Program-made: the position numbers and the translations under genes
Notes under the pieces: generated by a model
What the model was told of the DNA's origin: nothing
The model's input: only the letters and a program-made list of their open reading frames with translations
The model's database searches: none
Source: the human T2T-CHM13v2.0 reference genome, Homo sapiens
DNA length: 64,000 nucleotides
Reading direction: 5' to 3' (one strand)
Assembly: GCF_009914755.1 (NCBI RefSeq)
Contig: NC_060925.1
Shown: one piece after another, positions 59,629 through 64,000 of the stretch
Numbering within the stretch: the first letter of the stretch is position 1
How the letters are laid out: each line of letters opens with the position of its first letter

Positions 59629-60699
59629 CCTCTCAAGAAATATCCTGTCAGTTGCTTTGCTTTTAGAGGTGAGGAATGTGGCTTTCAGTTCATATCTGCT
59701 TAACTCATTGCCATCTCTTCCCTACCATGTTTTCATTGCTATAAAACATTAAATACTGATATGAATTTGTAGTAGCATTGGTAAGACAGATACCTTTTAC
59801 AAAATAAGTTAACAACTTGACAAACTGGTTTCTTTTGGCTTGAGTGACTCCTCTTGAGTCACAACTAACCATGATAAGAGATTCCACAAAAAGCTACATT
59901 TCTGCTAGCCTAGGAGCATAACAAATGTTGACTGAAGGACATATATTGATTTTTTTAAAAAGTGAGCTCATCTGCTTTGGGATATCGCTCCAAAGCTGTA
60001 AACTTGTGTTTGCTCAGTTCACTGTTGGCAAGACACCCTGAAGTAGTTATTAGGAAGGAATTCAGGAATTGCACTTTTATCTGTGTGATCCTTCACCTGG
60101 TGCATTTCTGGTGCTTCTGATAATGCTGCTCCTTCATCACTAAGGCATGGTTAGCCTCTGCTAATCTTTAGCAATAGAACTTTCATGCAACCAAGAGAGC
60201 TATGCTGTAAAGTGCTAATGATTTACCAAAATTCCATGCATGAATCTCTTGATTCTTTGAGAATTCCATCCATTTTCATAACTGTCATTATTTCCCTCTA
60301 TGTAGTTGAGTCTCAAATTTACATCTCAGGTCCTGACCTCTCACCTGACCTCTAAACACTCATTTCTAACTCTCTGCCTCACATTACAACCTACATGTCC
60401 TGCCAACATCTTAAATCCATTATGATTAAAGTAAACCCATTAATGATCTAATTTTTGTTATTGTTGACTGTTGAAATTACTATTAGGCTTCCAGGATTAA
60501 TCTTGGATTTTCCTTTGACGTCTTCCTTACTCTCTTACATCCAGTTAGCTTCCAAGTATAGTTTGTAGTGATTCTTATATTCACCCATCTTTTCCATTCT
60601 CATGGCCACCACTGTATGTAAGTGGCCAGGACTATTGGAGGTCACCAAACTGGCCTTCTCACCTCTGTTCTTCCACTTATCCCATTCTATAGATTGTTA

Positions 60700-61063
60700 C
60701 AGTTGATAATCCCTCATCTAAAACTGTTGGAATTAAATCTGTTTTTAGAATGAAGATTTTTCTTTTTAATTTTTGCATTTTTAGAAAGGTAATATGGTTG
60801 TACCATATATTTTAAAATCTACCCAATGGGGCTGGGGCAACATTCTGTAATCAAACACAGTTATTTCTTCAGTGAAACACATGAATATTCACATTAAGAT
60901 AAATAAAGAGTATAAATGTTCTCACTTTGATTCAGGTTAAACTTGGATGCTAAATGAATTCAGATTAGGCTGGCTTTTTAAGGTTTCAGAAAAAAACCTT
61001 AATATTTTTGGTTTTTTAGAACTTTTTGGATTTTGGAATTGTGAATTAGGGATGGCAGACCTG
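60700..61063. mobile_element. MER46C-like Tigger-derived MITE
   Basis: CAGTTGATAATCCCT ... AGGGATGGCAGACCTG imperfect inverted termini. Confidence 0.6.
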
Positions 61064-62224
61064 GACTAGATAAATCTTCCTCAAGTAGTAGTATCACTCC
61101 CGTTTCCTACTGAATTAGTTGTAAACTCTTGAATCTGGTATCTTCAAATGCCTTCTCAATTTGACCCCACATCATTATTTTCTGGGTTTATTTTCCACTC
61201 ATTCTCTATGTAGCCTTTTTGCCTCAGCCAAACTGTATAAATATTGCTTATTTTTCTTTCCTCTGCATATAATCAAATTTGTCCTTCTTCTTGAAATGTT
61301 ATTTTTTTCTTGTCCATTCTTCTACAAACTGTCTGTTGACATCTTTTCTATATTTGCAGAGCTGTTTCCTGTATAAAATGCTTGATCCCTATTTTGGGAT
61401 CAATAATTGTTCCTTGGTCTGAATTCTTGTAGCAAGCCTCAGTTTTGACATATGTACAATCAATCAGAATAATACCCCTTTCTTACCTCTTAGACTTGTC
61501 ATTACACTAAATAATGTACAAATGCCTCTAGCACGGTGTCTGACATGTAGTAGGAACTCAATTGACATTGATTATTCCCTTTTACTCTCTTCCTCCTTCC
61601 TTTCCTTTTCTTAGTATATGCTGTACTTTATGTTATCATTTTAAATGTACTTTGTTCTTCCCATTACTAGATTGGAAGTTTTCGAGGGTAGGACCTTACT
61701 TATTGGAGGCACAGCAAATATTGAGTTATGTGAAATGAATACAAATTGTGTTACTAGAGAAAGTTAAATTCCTCTTCTGGATTCTGGAAAGACATTGGTT
61801 TGTCTATGTATGAATGTACATTGAAACTTCAAACAAAACAAAACAAAACCTATGATGACAAATATAAGTCTTCAAAATCTCCATCAATAACATTCTAACT
61901 GCCAGAGATCACCCAATATGACCTTCCATATACTTTCTCTGTTTCAAATATTCTTTGTATTATTATTTCCTTCTCCTTCCTAATCTGGAGACAGAATGGT
62001 TGTCTTTTTTAAGGCAAGACCACTTGCCTATACATACTTGATTCCATCCTCTGTCTTCTCTGAGATTTCATAACATTAATTCTCTCTTGCATTTTTAATC
62101 TTCAATTATAAAAATGCTCAAATATTTCCTCTTATAAATAGCATCCTCTCTTTGATTCCCACTTTGTTTTGTTCATTGAACTGATATCTATTATGTTATT
62201 ATGTCATCGCCTCCCATGCCTCTT

Positions 62225-64000
62225 TAAAAAATTGTGTTGTGAAATATAACACTCATACACAAATGAATAAGATATAATTGTACAGCTAAAGAAATTATTA
62301 TGAAGTAAAATCTGTATAAATACCACCTGTTCAAGAAATAGAACTTTGCTAGCATCTTTACACTTCCCAGTCTCAACCCCCTGAATTGACCACTATTTGG
62401 ATGTTTATGGCAATCATTTCCTGGTTCTTTTTTTAATTTTACTACCTAAGTAAGCTAACAGTATAATTTAGTTTTTTAAATTTGTTTTTAAATTCTTTAT
62501 GATAAAGTCTGATCTCTTCTGCTCAGTCTTGTATTTGTGAGATTCATCTATTTTATTGTTTATAGCTATGAGGCATTCATTTTCATTGTTGTATGAAATA
62601 TTCATATAGCCCAATTTATTTATCGAGTCTACTATAGATTGTTATTTGTCTAAATATTTAAATTTTTTGCTATCACAAATGGTAGTGCAATAAATGTTGT
62701 TGTAGATATCTCCTGGTACATGTAAATATGCATTATTGTTGAGTATATAACTAGCAGTGTGATTACAAGGTTTTAGTGTTTGCATATTTTCAACTTTACT
62801 GGATGATGCTAAACTGTGTTCCTAAGTGGTTGGGGCAATTTACACTCCTGGCAATACTTGGTACTGACAGTCTTTTTAATTTTAGTCATTACAGTGTGTG
62901 TCTAGTGGTGCTGGATATTAATAATATTGAGCACATTCTAATATATGTTAGCCATTTGGACATCCTCTTTTGTGAATTGTATCTTCAAATCCTTCATTCA
63001 TTATTCTACTGGGCAGTCTGTTGTTTTCTTATTGGGTGTAGAATTCATTATGAATTCTGGATATGAGCCCTTTGTTGGATATATGTATTGCAAGTAGCTT
63101 CTCTCACTCTGTGGTTTGCTTTTTGTTGTGTCTTTTGATGAATGGAAGTTCTTTTTTTTTAGTAATATGACTGTAAAAATAAAATTCATTTTTAGGTTAC
63201 AATTTGATGACTTTTGACTCAAGTACACATCCGTAATCATCAACCACTACTCCAATTGTTGGGTCCCCCAATATCGTCTCTGCTTTCTTCCTGTGTCCTG
63301 ACCAAGGAAAACAGAATGCCTTGACTACTCTGTGACCTGGCCAGCTACATGTTTTTCCTGCATCCTTGAATCCAAGCTAGGGCGTTGAACATTCCCCACT
63401 ACTGATAAAGCTGTTTAGGTTGTTGCTGGAAACACAGAGATTGATTATGTTACTATACACGTAGAAGGCGTCCACCTTCGGAAAAATTCTTTAAGCTCTC
63501 ACATAAACTCCATAACCTGACCCCTCATTGCGGACATACTCAGGAAGAACATCTCCCCCTCACTGTCGCTCAGGCGGACCTGCTGCAGCCTCCTCCTGTG
63601 TAACTTGTAAGTTCCCCTAATAAATGCTTCAGATTGGTCACTCTGGAGTTTAGTGCTTCCTTCTCTGAAACCCAAGCAGGCCCAATCTCAGGAAGGTTTG
63701 GGACGGTCCCTTGAAGGAGTTCCCCTGCCACCATTCTTGGGGTGACTCCAGCTGCTGAGTTTGGCCGGAGAGAAAACCAATCTACACGTACAACCTTTCC
63801 ACCTTTCCGCCTCCCCAGAACCTTTCCACCTCTCCAGAAAGTTCCCTCAGCCCCATTGCAGTCTCCTCCCCTCCTCTTCTTAGGTAATCACTGTTTTGAT
63901 TTCTATCACTGTAGATTAGCTTTGCCTGTTCTAGAATAAAGGTGTTATTGAATAATGTGTACTCTTCTGTGTCCAGCTTCTTTCACTGTCTGTGATTTCA
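62225..64000 (-). mobile_element. Old L1M fragments (3' regions) flanking the LTR
   Basis: TTTTGATGAATGGAAGTTC; GATTAGCTTTGCCTGTTCTAGAA; CTTCTGTGTCCAGCTTCTTTCACT. Confidence 0.65.
63257..63776 (+). mobile_element. ERVL-type solo LTR (LTR47/LTR42-like) inserted in an old L1M
   Basis: Starts TGTTGG; AATAAA at 63619; perfect 5-bp TSD CCAAT (63252-63256, 63777-63781). Confidence 0.7.

Overview
Human (hominid) genomic DNA containing the complete RWDD3 (RSUME, RWD-domain SUMOylation enhancer) gene on the + strand. It has a CpG-island promoter (~35.6-36.75 kb) and four coding exons (36316-36400, 46304-46791, 48635-48750, 48849-48963) that splice to 804 nt = 267 aa. A 195-aa intron-2 read-through form ends VPKS* at 46806. 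From recall, this locus is 1p21.3, just downstream of TLCD4/TMEM56, with a TLCD4-RWDD3 readthrough and a divergent lncRNA; no TLCD4 coding exon is visible here. The rest is mostly interspersed repeat: a full-length ~6.3-kb L1PA6-like LINE-1 (- strand, TSD-flanked) nested in a MaLR LTR, about 20 Alu elements, several solo LTRs (LTR22 nested in LTR40, MLT1/MLT2, ERVL-type), a decayed ERVL pol region and DNA-transposon fossils. The most notable observation is in the L1 5'UTR, 17 kb upstream of RWDD3. It keeps an open, strong-Kozak ORF0 homologue on the + strand, with a TAG|GTAAGG donor whose phase matches RWDD3 exon 2, predicting a possible ORF0-RWDD3 fusion protein (inference, untested). Repeat subfamily names are by-eye recognitions and need RepeatMasker/Dfam confirmation.
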